A DNA stretch of 64,000 nt from Thermoplasmata archaeon (GCA_049970095.1 JBMFNP010000002.1:4143-68142), one strand, 5' to 3'; shown: positions 9,701 to 19,638, counted from the stretch's first letter. A program made the numbers and translations. Notes: generated by a model not told the origin, from the letters alone.

Positions 9701-10380
9701 CAATCTCCGAATGCGAAAATGCCATCAATATTCTTGGTCCAGTTAATATGAAAGCAATTGAGGACTATGATGCCCTGAGAAAACGAATTGAAGAACTCAA
9801 AACAGAGTTTAATAGATTGGAGGAGGAGAAGCACAAACTGGTAGAACTTGTGAAGGAAATCACAGAAAAGAAGAAGGTAGGATTTTACAAGGTGTACAAT
9901 GCTATCAATGAAAACTTCAGGAGAATTTATGGTGAACTTTCTGATGGCGGGGAGGCTGAACTTGTCCTTGAAAACCCGGACAATCCATTTGATGGGGGGT
10001 TGCACATAAAAGCAAAGCCGAGAAATAAGAAGGTTACTCGCCTGGAATCTCTTTCTGGTGGTGAGAAGAGCCTCACAGGGCTTGCATTTATATTTGCAAT
10101 CCAGCAGTATGACCCAAGCCCATTTTATTTCCTTGATGAAGTTGATATGTTTCTGGATGCCGTAAATGCAGAGATTGTGGCAAAACTTGTGAAGAAAAAC
10201 TCTGCAAAGGCGCAGTTTATCATGATTTCATTGAGGAAGGTAACTCTCCAGTATGCTGACCGCCTTTATGGCATCACACTGGTACCAGATGGAACCTCAA
10301 AGGTTGTCTCTCTGGAACTTGATCAGATAAAAGATATGGCTGAAGAAGAAAATAAAGAAGCGTCAGAAGGGGTGGTGTAA
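6778..10380 (+). CDS. smc: chromosome segregation protein SMC
   Basis: Walker A GPNGSGKSN, long coiled coils, a hinge, and C-terminal LSGGEKSLTGLAFIFAIQ plus Walker B DEVDMFLD. GGAGG RBS. Confidence 0.95.
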   Translation: MYLKEIQMRNFKTFMKPVSIRFEKGFTAITGPNGSGKSNISDAVLFVLGPKSSRVIRAGKLTDLIFNGGKEGKPAKECECSLIFDNTDRTIPIDADEVKLTRVVKISPTDPSGYNSYFYVNEKKSTLGEFEELLANARISADSYNIVRQGDITSIVEKMTPIDIRKIIDGIAGITKFDEDIKKAEEKRAYVEDNLSKTSLILEELKNQLGNLEKDRDTALKYIELKNKLDVARASLATKKKESTEAEIENIKKLIASQQAEIETLKAQKVKLGENIKALNLKKEEIEREIVARGGEQFKKLKNEIDGIRLNVAKARDRAGELRENSTSLKSEKNVCEKEIQRIEKAKSNLEKEYKDTGRELENVKRSVQEFDEQIKALEDQISKSDIEIANLQRELLKINSSIEKKMEEFKNAEIEHSKVRSTLDTLEVQITNLEEELKTREFELRDAEFQLKELSSTKKSYEKSIQDLTTAFHRKRGEIAKLEAEIEKCEDEIRELTRTYNNLKAQIEARTGAEKGTSDALNAIMDAMSRNLIKGIHGTVAQLARFDEEHSVALGVAAGPRMNAIIVEDDGVAAQCIEYLKQKKAGRAIFIPLNKILENRPRGKAVLVAKDKNCLGFAIDLLEFDEKYRPAFSYVFGDTLVMKDLDSARAVMGGVRLVTLAGELIEASGAMIGGSIQEKEKFGASAMRELDMIGKKLADKLEEEKTLREKLKAEKEELKKLEDEIQERHTKESTSQLAYETYLVRKKEAEKHLNDGKEMLAKMNKEKETALDAVEKLASTCSAIQNQIENMKKEKEEITTRILNLTPKALSEELKAKRKALQDLQVKRAELEGRLSSLETNLKLYGERIEEQRRKLAGIIEQIEKNGKEIERLNLEASEGEEKLKTLMRVEESMNKELLDLQKKRDEVFCQINENTAEIDKIDTKILSKNDIIISQTTKLRTMEEALAEVNIELSAYNVKIPEKLPSNEELKRTISECENAINILGPVNMKAIEDYDALRKRIEELKTEFNRLEEEKHKLVELVKEITEKKKVGFYKVYNAINENFRRIYGELSDGGEAELVLENPDNPFDGGLHIKAKPRNKKVTRLESLSGGEKSLTGLAFIFAIQQYDPSPFYFLDEVDMFLDAVNAEIVAKLVKKNSAKAQFIMISLRKVTLQYADRLYGITLVPDGTSKVVSLELDQIKDMAEEENKEASEGVV

Positions 10381-11298
10381 ATGAATACATCAACAGTTTG
10401 TGAATCTGGAAAAACTGAAAATCTGGAAATTGGTGCCCTCAAAACGCAGAGGTTTGATGCAGAGGCTGTGAAAAGTGTGCTTGACCATTTGCTTTTCTAC
10501 AAGGCAATAATTAAGGAAGGGGAAGAGAGGAAAATAGACCATTACATGGAACTTGTGAACAGCCTTAACTCAGGAACATTCCTTTCAATCCAGAATCAGT
10601 TTGAACGCGCCCTTGTGGCTGTGTTTGAACTTGTTCTGGAGCACACGCTTGACCCATGGAACATTGACCTTGTGGAATTTGCAAAAATGTACCATGAGAA
10701 GATCCAGCAAAGCACAGATATTGACTTCATTACCGCAGGAAGAATAATTCTGATGGCATGGTCTGTGCTACACATCCAGAGCGAAACCCTGAGATTGAAA
10801 GCAGAGCCCCCGGTACCGACAACGCAAGAACTGGAATATATGCCAGATGAACTTTATAGCACACCTGAAGAAATGGATTACACAAATATTGTACTCACTT
10901 CTGAAGAACCACCAATTCAGCCCCTTGCACTGCACCCGAGTTCACGCCAGGTAACACTCATGGAACTTGTGAATGCATTTGACGAAGCTAGGGTGGAAGC
11001 AGAAAAGCGGTTGCATCTTGAGGAATTGAGAAAGGCAAATGTTGAGAAATTCCAGAAAGCACCAATAATAAAAGTGCATGAAGAGTCCATAGAGAGGGAC
11101 ATAAATGAACTTTGGCCCAGAATTGCCCAGATGCGAGAGAAATGCACATTCAGGGCGCTTCTGAATGGAACAAAGGAAAGAAATGTGATTGTGGGTATGT
11201 TCATTGCACTCCTGCATCTCGCAAAAATGAACAGAATTCGCATCTGGCAGGACAAAATCCCCGAAGGTGAAATATATATAGAAGTATTGAATAATTGA
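10381..11298 (+). CDS. scpA: segregation and condensation protein A (kleisin)
   Basis: The ATG immediately follows the smc stop. Conserved ScpA region WNIDLVEFAKMY. Size is typical for archaeal ScpA. Confidence 0.8.
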   Translation: MNTSTVCESGKTENLEIGALKTQRFDAEAVKSVLDHLLFYKAIIKEGEERKIDHYMELVNSLNSGTFLSIQNQFERALVAVFELVLEHTLDPWNIDLVEFAKMYHEKIQQSTDIDFITAGRIILMAWSVLHIQSETLRLKAEPPVPTTQELEYMPDELYSTPEEMDYTNIVLTSEEPPIQPLALHPSSRQVTLMELVNAFDEARVEAEKRLHLEELRKANVEKFQKAPIIKVHEESIERDINELWPRIAQMREKCTFRALLNGTKERNVIVGMFIALLHLAKMNRIRIWQDKIPEGEIYIEVLNN

Positions 11299-11302
11299 TT
11301 GT

Positions 11303-11893
11303 ATGGAAGATATAGAGATTTCACTTGCAATTGAAGCCCTTCTTTTTTCGTCAGGTAGAGAACTCTCAATTCGTGAAATCACAGAATGGCTGGGAAAGGA
11401 TGAGAAAATGGTGAGGAAAGCCATGCGTGCTCTTCTGAAAAGGTATGCCTCCGCCCATACATCAATTGAAATCGGGAGGGTGGGCACGAGATATGTGATG
11501 CGGCTGAAGCCAGAATTTGTAGGTATGGCAATTCCTGTGGCAGTGCCTGAACTCTCAAAGGATGAGATAAAAACACTTGCATTGATTGCCTTTTACCAGC
11601 CCGTAAAACAGAGTGTTCTTTCTAGGATGATAGGTTCAAAGGTGTATGAGCATGTGGAGAAACTGAAGAAACTGGAACTGGTAAAGGCAAAAAGGGAGGG
11701 TGCAACACTATCAATAACCACAACAAAGAAGTTTTTGGTGTATTTCGGAATTCCTAGCAGTAAAAAGGAAGAAATCAAAAAATGGATTGCAAGTAAGGTG
11801 GGAATTGAGGTAAAACCTGAAGAGGCAATGAAAGGTGAAGCTGGTGGTGAGATGGAGGGCAGCGCACAGAAGGAGGGGGCAAATTATGAATGA
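11303..11893 (+). CDS. scpB: segregation and condensation protein B
   Basis: N-terminal winged helix IEALLFSSGRELSIREI and a second wH. It lies immediately downstream of scpA. Confidence 0.8.
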   Translation: MEDIEISLAIEALLFSSGRELSIREITEWLGKDEKMVRKAMRALLKRYASAHTSIEIGRVGTRYVMRLKPEFVGMAIPVAVPELSKDEIKTLALIAFYQPVKQSVLSRMIGSKVYEHVEKLKKLELVKAKREGATLSITTTKKFLVYFGIPSSKKEEIKKWIASKVGIEVKPEEAMKGEAGGEMEGSAQKEGANYE

Positions 11894-12722
11894 TTTAGAA
11901 CTCACTCCTACGGAAATTGAGAGTTATTTGAGGGAAGATGCACCATTTGGAGACATAACAAGTGCATTGCTATTCCCTAGCACACAGTTTGCAAAAGCAT
12001 ACATTATTGCAAAGCAGGAGTGCGTGATTGCGGGACTGGATGAAGCCAGAAGGGTGTTTGAATACCTGGGGTGCAAGGTTACACTACATTACAGGGACGG
12101 AGATGAAGTGCAGCGTTTCCGTAAAGTGATGTTTATCACAGGTGATGCAGGTAAAATTCTGCTTGGGGAACGGCTGGCACTTAATTTTCTTATGAAGATG
12201 AGTGGGATTTCTACATTAACTGCGGAAATTGTGAAGCTTGCAAGGGAAGTAAACCCTGAAGTCCGTGTATCTGCTACAAGGAAAACCACCCCAGGGTTTA
12301 GGAAGTATGAGAAAAAAGCGGTGATGCTTGGTGGTGGAGAACCGCACAGATTCTCACTCAGTGATGCAGTGCTTATCAAGGAAAATCACATTGTACTTGC
12401 TGGCGGGATTGAAAATGCAATCTCGCTGGCAAAGAAGGTCTCTTTTACCAAGAAAATTGAGGTGGAAGTGCGGAATCTTGAGGAGGCAATAATTGCTGCA
12501 AAGCTTGGAGTGGATATAATTATGCTGGATAATTTTAAAGTGAGCGAGGCTGAAGAAGCATATAAAAAAATCAAAGAGTTGAATAAAAAAATTATTGTTG
12601 AAGTTTCTGGGGGGATAAATAAATCTAACATAAAGAAGTATGCAAAGGCATGTGATGTAATTTCTGTTGGCATGCTTACACATTCCTATAATTCCATTGA
12701 TTTCTCATTAGAGGTAATGTAG
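11886..12722 (+). CDS. nadC: nicotinate-nucleotide (quinolinate) pyrophosphorylase
   Basis: QPRTase motifs (ATRKTTPG, LGGGEPHRFSLSDAVLIKENH). Start taken at MNDLELT, overlapping the scpB stop by 8 nt. Confidence 0.85.
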   Translation: MNDLELTPTEIESYLREDAPFGDITSALLFPSTQFAKAYIIAKQECVIAGLDEARRVFEYLGCKVTLHYRDGDEVQRFRKVMFITGDAGKILLGERLALNFLMKMSGISTLTAEIVKLAREVNPEVRVSATRKTTPGFRKYEKKAVMLGGGEPHRFSLSDAVLIKENHIVLAGGIENAISLAKKVSFTKKIEVEVRNLEEAIIAAKLGVDIIMLDNFKVSEAEEAYKKIKELNKKIIVEVSGGINKSNIKKYAKACDVISVGMLTHSYNSIDFSLEVM

Positions 12723-12724
12723 GG

Positions 12725-13144
12725 ATGAAAAAGCAGAAAAGGGTGATTTCTGCAAATCTCGGATATGTTTCTGGAATACTGCTTATACTCGCAGGTTATT
12801 CTGCACATAATGAAATGATTACCCTCATCCTCAATTATGCCACAAAAATTGGGTTTGTGAGCGGAATTGCCACAATCCTCCTCTACATAATAACCCTTCT
12901 TGGGACTCTGGGTGGCTTTACCGTGATTTTGGGGAGTTATGCGGTCGCCAGGAATCATATCTATCTTGGAAAGTTTTTGCTCAGCATCGGCTCTGGCTTC
13001 GGTTTAATTGAACTCATTATCTACCTCGGGACAAAATACGGAGGAAATTTCATTACTGGCATTGAGCTGTTTGTAAGTTCAATTTTAGGGTTCGGAATAA
13101 TTCTTGCAATTATTGCAAGAGGATTGGTAGGTGATTGGCTATGA
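12725..13144 (+). CDS. small polytopic membrane protein
   Basis: Four predicted hydrophobic helices. No recognisable family. Confidence 0.45.
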   Translation: MKKQKRVISANLGYVSGILLILAGYSAHNEMITLILNYATKIGFVSGIATILLYIITLLGTLGGFTVILGSYAVARNHIYLGKFLLSIGSGFGLIELIIYLGTKYGGNFITGIELFVSSILGFGIILAIIARGLVGDWL

Positions 13145-15109
13145 GAGCTTTTTTGCAACACCTTCTACGCTTTCCTCTCTCCAGAGTTCTTTGTATCTTC
13201 TGATAAACCTTCGCACAAGATACCAAACAGCAAGCAACACCATGACGGTGGCCAGCACTCCAATGCCTGCAAATACATACATTGCGTAATCGGGTTTCAC
13301 AATCACTTTCACTGTAATATTGTAAACCGAATGTATGCTCTCACTATTGTCCTGAATATTCATTAGAACTACCTTTATTGTTATGTTAAATGTTCTATTA
13401 GTAATTAACAGTGTATCTAACTTAAATGTGAGGGTTTCACTTGTGCCAATGTCAAATCTTTTTGTCATGAAAATAGAAGAATCTATGTATATTTCCACAC
13501 CCACACTAAAAATAGAATATCTGGCACGATTGAGGAGTGTTATGCTTCCTTCAATAACCTCTCCCTCTCCCAGTTTAACTGCAACTTCTCTGTTCATTTC
13601 AAGTTTTTCATTTTTAAGGTGGTTTCCGAGCGTGAGATAAACTTCAAGTTCAACTGCAACACAGATTGTAAAATTTTTTCTCTCCGCTTCTCCGTCTGCA
13701 TTGCAATCCAGCAGAATACGATGGTATCCACCAGTTTTCGGAATCCATGTAAAGGTGACATTGTATTCCCTATTTGCAATGGTATTTTCAAGGAGTGTAT
13801 GACCAATGATTTCATTTCCCTGCCCCGCATCATGGGTGAGATTCAGTTCAATTTTTGAGTTTGCAGCAACGCTCAGAACACCAATAGTGAAGGTTACCGT
13901 CTGATTAATCTCTGGTAATCTTGGAGAATACTCTACATATGCTATCTCTATATTTTTTACCCCATACAGCAGCACCTTACCAGGTGAAATTTCCTGAATC
14001 CCAGATTCTGTTGTAATAAAAACCTCTTTGAGGGTATTGGGCATCCTATAAAACATCACTGAATTTGAGTTTCCGAGGTCTGTCATCTCTTTTTCACCCC
14101 TGAATTTTACTGCACCTGTTCCTATATCCACAATATAGACATATCCATCATAGGTGGTGCACCCGATGTCCTTTACCCCATCCCCCTCAAAGTCCCCGAT
14201 TGCCACACCAAAGATCTGGTTCTGGCATATATGCAGTGTGGTTGTTCCACCCGCACCTGCACCCAAACCTCCCACCTTAATAATCCATATGTTTCCGTCA
14301 CCACTACCAGCAATTATTTCATCCACGCCGTCTCCATCAATGTCATCCACCGCCAATGCAGATAAAATTCCGGGTATGTACGGGCTTATAAACTTCTGTG
14401 TAAATTGCCCATGTTGGTAATCCAGAACACGCACAGTGCTCTCAGTATTTCCGCGCCAGTCCACAAAAACAATGTCTTTTCTTCCGTCTCCGTCTACATC
14501 ACCCACGCTCACCTCAAAAACCGCATCAGGAGTCATTGTTATACCCTTCGTGAAAAGAATACCAGCGTTATAGGTATAAACTCCAATACTTGCGGTGCCG
14601 GTCCCTACAATAATCTCATTTATTCCATCGCCGTCAATGTCAACTATCTGTAATCCGAAGATTGCGCCGTTTGTAAAGTGCGACTTATCCCAGTCAAGCA
14701 ACACATCGTTTGTCAGTGCATCTACTATGGAAAGATGCCCATCGTGGGTCGCGATTGCAATTTCAGGTCTTGCATCACCAGTAACATTACCCACAGCAAT
14801 CTTTCTGACATTGCCACTAAGGATGGGTGATTCCCATACTCTGGTGCCATTTTCAAGAGAGAAACCATAAACACGGTCTGCAGAACCTGCAAGTACCACT
14901 GTGTGTTCATCCCCAAAAATATTGCCTGCAGCGATGCCCCAGCAGTATGGAGAAATGTCCTCACTTACCCATTTTGGAGAAATCAGTCTAACAGACAGTT
15001 GCCCTGAGGATGTTTGTGTGGCTGGAGTGAAAATAGATAACAGGATGATCAGAAAGATGAGCAACTGTACACCCTTCGCTGATGCCATACTTACTGTTAA
15101 GAAAATCAT
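13139..15109 (-). CDS. FG-GAP/VCBS-repeat beta-propeller surface protein with signal peptide and C-terminal TM anchor
   Basis: Repeated DxDGDG motifs (DIDGDGINEIIVGTG, DVDGDGRKDIVFVDW, DDIDGDGVDEIIAGSGDG, GDFEGDGVKDIG). Start trimmed to MIFLTVSMASAK..., which reads as a signal peptide. C-terminal TM plus a basic tail. Confidence 0.75.
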   Translation of the reverse strand: MIFLTVSMASAKGVQLLIFLIILLSIFTPATQTSSGQLSVRLISPKWVSEDISPYCWGIAAGNIFGDEHTVVLAGSADRVYGFSLENGTRVWESPILSGNVRKIAVGNVTGDARPEIAIATHDGHLSIVDALTNDVLLDWDKSHFTNGAIFGLQIVDIDGDGINEIIVGTGTASIGVYTYNAGILFTKGITMTPDAVFEVSVGDVDGDGRKDIVFVDWRGNTESTVRVLDYQHGQFTQKFISPYIPGILSALAVDDIDGDGVDEIIAGSGDGNIWIIKVGGLGAGAGGTTTLHICQNQIFGVAIGDFEGDGVKDIGCTTYDGYVYIVDIGTGAVKFRGEKEMTDLGNSNSVMFYRMPNTLKEVFITTESGIQEISPGKVLLYGVKNIEIAYVEYSPRLPEINQTVTFTIGVLSVAANSKIELNLTHDAGQGNEIIGHTLLENTIANREYNVTFTWIPKTGGYHRILLDCNADGEAERKNFTICVAVELEVYLTLGNHLKNEKLEMNREVAVKLGEGEVIEGSITLLNRARYSIFSVGVEIYIDSSIFMTKRFDIGTSETLTFKLDTLLITNRTFNITIKVVLMNIQDNSESIHSVYNITVKVIVKPDYAMYVFAGIGVLATVMVLLAVWYLVRRFIRRYKELWREESVEGVAKKLS

Positions 15110-15210
15110 ATATAAAATCTGTTTGGAAACTTTTATATCCATGCACGATTTTGGAGAGATGCCCATGTAGAAGAGGATCCCCTCGGAACCACTACAGGGT
15201 AGGTGATAAA

Positions 15211-15852
15211 TTGGCAAACGAAGAAGTCCTAGAAATAGTAAAGAAGATGCTGGAAGAATCTCCAAAACGCAAGTTCACAGAAAGTGTAGAACTAGCAGTA
15301 AATCTGAAAAATATTGACCTGAAAAACCAGAAGAATAAAATTGATGAGGATGTTATTCTGCCAAAAGGCAGAGGAAAGAACATAAAAATTGGTGTTTTTG
15401 GCAGTGGGGAGTTTGCACTGAAAGCTAAGAATGCAAATGCAGACATTGTCATCACTCCTGAGGAAATTGAGGCTATTGCCTCGGATAAAAGAAAAGCCAA
15501 GAAATTAGCAGGTGAGATCACATACTTTATTGCAGAAGCACCCCTGATGATTACAATCGGTAAGCGCCTTGGTCCCATCCTGGCACCTCGTGGAAAAATG
15601 CCAAGGCCATTACCTCCAGCTGCAGATCCCGCTCCTGTTATACAGAATCTGAGAAGAACAGTAAAAATAAGGACAAAAGAGAAGCCCACATTCCATGTGG
15701 TTGTGGGGAGCAGGGAGATGAAACCAGAAGATATTGCTGAGAACATTGAAACTGTGGTGAACAGGGTGGTCTCAAAACTGGAGAAAGGCAAGCACAACAT
15801 TGACTCAGTTTATGTAAAGACCACGATGGGCCCCGCCTATAAAATAATGTGA
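15211..15852 (+). CDS. rpl1: 50S ribosomal protein L1
   Basis: Full-length L1 similarity (EVLEIVKKMLEES...FTESVELAVNLK...). Probable TTG start with an AGGTGA RBS 5 nt upstream. The in-frame upstream ATG at 15082 is considered unlikely. Confidence 0.8.
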   Translation: MANEEVLEIVKKMLEESPKRKFTESVELAVNLKNIDLKNQKNKIDEDVILPKGRGKNIKIGVFGSGEFALKAKNANADIVITPEEIEAIASDKRKAKKLAGEITYFIAEAPLMITIGKRLGPILAPRGKMPRPLPPAADPAPVIQNLRRTVKIRTKEKPTFHVVVGSREMKPEDIAENIETVVNRVVSKLEKGKHNIDSVYVKTTMGPAYKIM

Positions 15853-15862
15853 GGTGAATTTA

Positions 15863-16852
15863 ATGGCACATGTAGCAAAATGGAAAATTGAAAAGGTTGA
15901 AGAACTAAAAACTAAAATTCAGAGTAAGAGGGTTGTCGGGGTGGTGAACATTGCAGGACTGCCCTCGCCCCAACTCCAGCAGATGCGGAAAAATCTCAGG
16001 GGGAAGGCAGAGATCGTTGTAAGCAGGAATGCTATTCTCTCCCATGCTCTTGAAAAGAGTGGCAAATCAAATGTCTCAAAACTCGCTGAATACATTCAGG
16101 CACAAACTGGCTTGATTCTCTCAAATGAGAATCCTTTTAAACTGTACAAATATCTAGAGGCAACAAAAACTAAGGCTCCTGCAAAGGGTGGAGAGATTGC
16201 CCCGGAGGACATAATAATTAAGGCGATGGAAACACCATTCAAACCAGGACCAATTGTCTCCGAACTGCAAAAAGCAGGGCTGGCAGCTGCAATTGAGGGC
16301 GGAAAAGTTGTCATAAAGAAGGATAAAGTTCTGGTGAAGGCTGGAGAAGTTATCACAAAGGAAAATGCACAGCTCCTTGCAAAGCTTGGAATTACACCCC
16401 TTACAATTGGACTGGATCTACGCGCGGTGCTTGAAGAGGGTATAGTTTATCCAAAGGAAAGCCTTGCGATTTCGCAGGAGGAAATCCTTGGACAGTTTGT
16501 TACTGCTTCTATCCGCGCACGGCAGTTTGCAGTCCAGATTGCTTACATTACCAGAGAAACTGTAAGCCCAATATTAGCAAAGGGTTTCAGGCAGGGTATT
16601 GCCATTGTGACAAGGACTGGTTATCCTGCAAGAGGTGCAATTGAACATCTCATCAGGAAGGCACACATGGACATGCTTGCAGTAGCTGCACTTGTACCTG
16701 AGGTTGCAGGTGATGTTTTGAAGAATGTGGCTGTAGTCCAGCCAACCAGCTCCGGCGTCCATGGTGCCGGAGAGGGAAGCGAACAGAAAGAGGAGAAGAA
16801 GGAACCAAAAGAAGAAGATGTGGCTGCAGGTTTAAGTTCATTGTTCGGCTAG
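15863..16852 (+). CDS. rpl10: 50S ribosomal protein L10 (P0)
   Basis: [16 protein letters not shown]-terminus and an acidic C-terminal tail [28 protein letters not shown]. Confidence 0.9.
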   Translation: MAHVAKWKIEKVEELKTKIQSKRVVGVVNIAGLPSPQLQQMRKNLRGKAEIVVSRNAILSHALEKSGKSNVSKLAEYIQAQTGLILSNENPFKLYKYLEATKTKAPAKGGEIAPEDIIIKAMETPFKPGPIVSELQKAGLAAAIEGGKVVIKKDKVLVKAGEVITKENAQLLAKLGITPLTIGLDLRAVLEEGIVYPKESLAISQEEILGQFVTASIRARQFAVQIAYITRETVSPILAKGFRQGIAIVTRTGYPARGAIEHLIRKAHMDMLAVAALVPEVAGDVLKNVAVVQPTSSGVHGAGEGSEQKEEKKEPKEEDVAAGLSSLFG

Positions 16853-16874
16853 AAAAAACAAGGAGGTAATGAAA

Positions 16875-17192
16875 ATGGAATATGTGTATAGCGCATTGCT
16901 GCTACATGCTCTGGGAAAACCGATTAACGAAGAGAACATAGCGAATGTGATTAAAGCCGCTGGTGCTGAACCAGATATGACAAAGATAAAGGCACTCACA
17001 GCCTCGCTGGAAGGCGTGGATATTGCAAAGATTCTGGAGAGCGCAAGTGCGATGCCAGTAGCGGCGGCATCTGCACCAGCATCAGGTGGAGAGAAAAAGG
17101 AAGAGAAAAAAGAGGAAAAGAAAGAGGAGAAGAAGGAAGAAAAGCCAAAAGAAGAAGATGTGGCTGCGGGATTGGGTGCACTCTTCGGTTAA
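16875..17192 (+). CDS. rpl12: 50S ribosomal protein L12 (P1 stalk)
   Basis: [22 protein letters not shown]... and a KKEE-repeat tail ending [22 protein letters not shown]. Confidence 0.9.
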   Translation: MEYVYSALLLHALGKPINEENIANVIKAAGAEPDMTKIKALTASLEGVDIAKILESASAMPVAAASAPASGGEKKEEKKEEKKEEKKEEKPKEEDVAAGLGALFG

Positions 17193-17194
17193 AC

Positions 17195-18970
17195 TCAATC
17201 CCCAATCTTTTTCAATTGTTTTCTGTACATCTCAATTATTTCTCTGGTTGTGGTAGTGTCAGTTGCGCTCTTATCCTCTCTCCATCTACCCGTGAATCTC
17301 GGGAAGCGCACAGCAATTCCTGCTCCTTTGCGCACCACATCAAAGCCGCATGTGTGTACGGGGCTGAGAGTAAGCTCTGCACCCCGCACCTCAACAACAA
17401 CTTCTGGTAAAAACCAAAAATCTGGTTCAATTTTGGATATCACATTTTCAGGCTTTTTTGCCACCACAAATGGCTTGAACTTTTTCGGAAGATCAGAAAG
17501 TGTTGCATCGTCAAATCCTGTGCCAAGTTTGCATATTGTTTCAAACATTTGAGTATCTGAGTTATAAACACCGGTGAGCAATGCCCCATATGTGCCCGCC
17601 CTCCTGCCTCTTCCTGCAAATGCACCCAGCACAACAAGATCTAGAGTGTCTGTGAGCTCTGACTTATATTCTCGCTTGTATTTAAGCCACAGAAAACCCC
17701 GTTTTCCAGGTTTGTAAATGCTTTCTGGCGCAATGGATTTTGCCATTATTCCCTCACATCCGACACCGATGGCTTCATTGAAAAAAATCTCGCACTTTTC
17801 TCTGGAATCCACGAGAAGCATTTTTGAGAGTTTCACATGTTCTGTTTCCCTGATTGCAGAAGCCAGAGCATTTCTTCTGAGCATATAATCTGATTTAAGG
17901 TACTCCTTATCATTGAGGTAAAGACAATCAAAGAGATAGATGCGCACGGGAATCTCGGAGATTGCGGTTTCAATTTCGTGTTTTCTTCCCCGTCTTTTTG
18001 AAACTTCCTGGAATGGTAACATTTCCTCAGTTGCAGGGTCATATGGTACACATTCGCCCTCAAAAATTCCGTTTTTTGCAGCAAACGCTTCTTTCAGAGA
18101 TTCAATAAGGTCTGGAAACTGGGTAGTGAGATCCTCAAGGCGCCTTGAATAGAGTTTTATGTGCCCATCTGGAAAGATGTGCGCCTGTATCCGCAAACCA
18201 TCGTATTTGTACTCTGCGGCAAACCTTTCTCCCATTCTTTCAAAAATTTCCTCAAAACTTGCAGCCCTTTCAGCCAGCATTGCGCGGATTGGCACTCCAA
18301 TTTTTAGCCCTATCTTCTTGATTCCCCCAAATCCTTCTGTAGCAAGCGTTTTTGCGATGAGCCCGATATCGGAACATACATTGTACTTATCCTCCACAAT
18401 CTCCCTTGCTTCAATCTTTTCTTTCTGAGAGATGAATACTGTTGCCAGAGCATCCAGAATTGTGCTTTCTGCAATCCCCAATCTCAACTTTCCTGAGAGT
18501 ATTCTTGCAATGTATCTTGCCTCCAAAGGTTCGGCATCATGAAAAAGTTCTGCAATTAATTTGAGTTTCAGATCCTGGGAGCCTGCACCTGTGCTTTCTG
18601 CCACTTTGCACAGCGCATGATACACCTTTTCAATTGTAAGGATTTCCCTGAAAAGAGATTCTTGCTTTTTCTGCTGGATTATTTCCTCACCTGCTCTGCC
18701 AATATCTCCAAAATTCTTCATTATCTGGTTTACCCTCTCCTGTTTAAGTCCAGAAGCAAGCGCAAGTGCACGGAGAATAAGTGCTTCTGCAATCCCCAGT
18801 TCCACACCTATAAAATCAGGGTAAATTTTTCCTTGAAGGAGATAACATACATGGTGTATTTCCTCTGGCGCAAGAGTTTTAAACAGTTCTCCAAGTGTGG
18901 ATGTGATCTCAGTTCTTTTTGTGGTTTTTTCAATGCGTTCAAAATAGCCAGCAAGCTCAAGAAAGTTCAA
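17195..18970 (-). CDS. lig: ATP-dependent DNA ligase
   Basis: KYDG adenylation motif (EYKYDGLR) and full-length archaeal ligase architecture. Confidence 0.9.
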   Translation of the reverse strand: MNFLELAGYFERIEKTTKRTEITSTLGELFKTLAPEEIHHVCYLLQGKIYPDFIGVELGIAEALILRALALASGLKQERVNQIMKNFGDIGRAGEEIIQQKKQESLFREILTIEKVYHALCKVAESTGAGSQDLKLKLIAELFHDAEPLEARYIARILSGKLRLGIAESTILDALATVFISQKEKIEAREIVEDKYNVCSDIGLIAKTLATEGFGGIKKIGLKIGVPIRAMLAERAASFEEIFERMGERFAAEYKYDGLRIQAHIFPDGHIKLYSRRLEDLTTQFPDLIESLKEAFAAKNGIFEGECVPYDPATEEMLPFQEVSKRRGRKHEIETAISEIPVRIYLFDCLYLNDKEYLKSDYMLRRNALASAIRETEHVKLSKMLLVDSREKCEIFFNEAIGVGCEGIMAKSIAPESIYKPGKRGFLWLKYKREYKSELTDTLDLVVLGAFAGRGRRAGTYGALLTGVYNSDTQMFETICKLGTGFDDATLSDLPKKFKPFVVAKKPENVISKIEPDFWFLPEVVVEVRGAELTLSPVHTCGFDVVRKGAGIAVRFPRFTGRWREDKSATDTTTTREIIEMYRKQLKKIGD

Positions 18971-19638
18971 ACAGACCCCCCTGTAACTGCTCTGAGTTTT
19001 CTGATTTTATCCATATCTGGCATTCCATTCACAAAAATTCCATTACCAGAAACCAGAAGATTTGCACCATTTTTTACAGTTAGAGTTGCAGTGTCTGCGT
19101 TTATTCCGCCATCAACTGCAATATCTATCTGCTTGCCAGAGCGGTCGACCATTTTCCTGATTTCCAGAATTTTCGGAAGCACACTTTCTATAAATTTCTG
19201 TCCTCCAAAGCCAGGGAAAACGCACATCACCACGATTTCATCCACTATTTGAAGGTAGGGCTCAATTGCATTTGCATCTGTATCTGGATTTAGGGCAATT
19301 CCAGACTTTATTCCACTCTCCCTTATGGTTTTTAGCAGGCTGAAAATATTCTCAGAGCATTCTACATGCACCGAAATCAGATTTGCTCCTGCATCTGCAA
19401 ATGCTGGAATGAATATTGAGGGATTTGTGAGCATAAGGTGCACATAAAATTCTTTCTGGGAGTATTTTCTGAGGGCTTTTACAACATGAGGACCGAATGT
19501 GAGGTTGGGCACAAAGTGTCCATCCATTATGTCAATGTGGAACAAATCAACATCTGTGCATCTGTCCAGTGTAGAAAACACTTCTGCAAGCCGTGATGGA
19601 TCTGCGGAAAGAATAGATGGTGCAATCTTAACCCTCAT
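18967..19638 (-). CDS. rpe: ribulose-phosphate 3-epimerase
   Basis: MRVKIAPSILSAD...HIDIMDGHFVPNLTFGP. It overlaps the lig start by 4 nt. Confidence 0.9.
   Translation of the reverse strand: MRVKIAPSILSADPSRLAEVFSTLDRCTDVDLFHIDIMDGHFVPNLTFGPHVVKALRKYSQKEFYVHLMLTNPSIFIPAFADAGANLISVHVECSENIFSLLKTIRESGIKSGIALNPDTDANAIEPYLQIVDEIVVMCVFPGFGGQKFIESVLPKILEIRKMVDRSGKQIDIAVDGGINADTATLTVKNGANLLVSGNGIFVNGMPDMDKIRKLRAVTGGSV

Noticed and set aside
15082-15210. Upstream in-frame ATG giving a 43-aa N-terminal extension of L1
   Set aside because: The extension is non-conserved. It would overlap the divergent FG-GAP gene start and leave no promoter. TTG 15211 with AGGTGA fits better.
15192-15800. 202-aa minus ORF antisense to rpl1
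   Set aside because: It is fully contained in the rpl1 coding region on the opposite strand.
18617-19252. 211-aa plus ORF spanning the lig/rpe junction
   Set aside because: It is antisense to two conserved genes.
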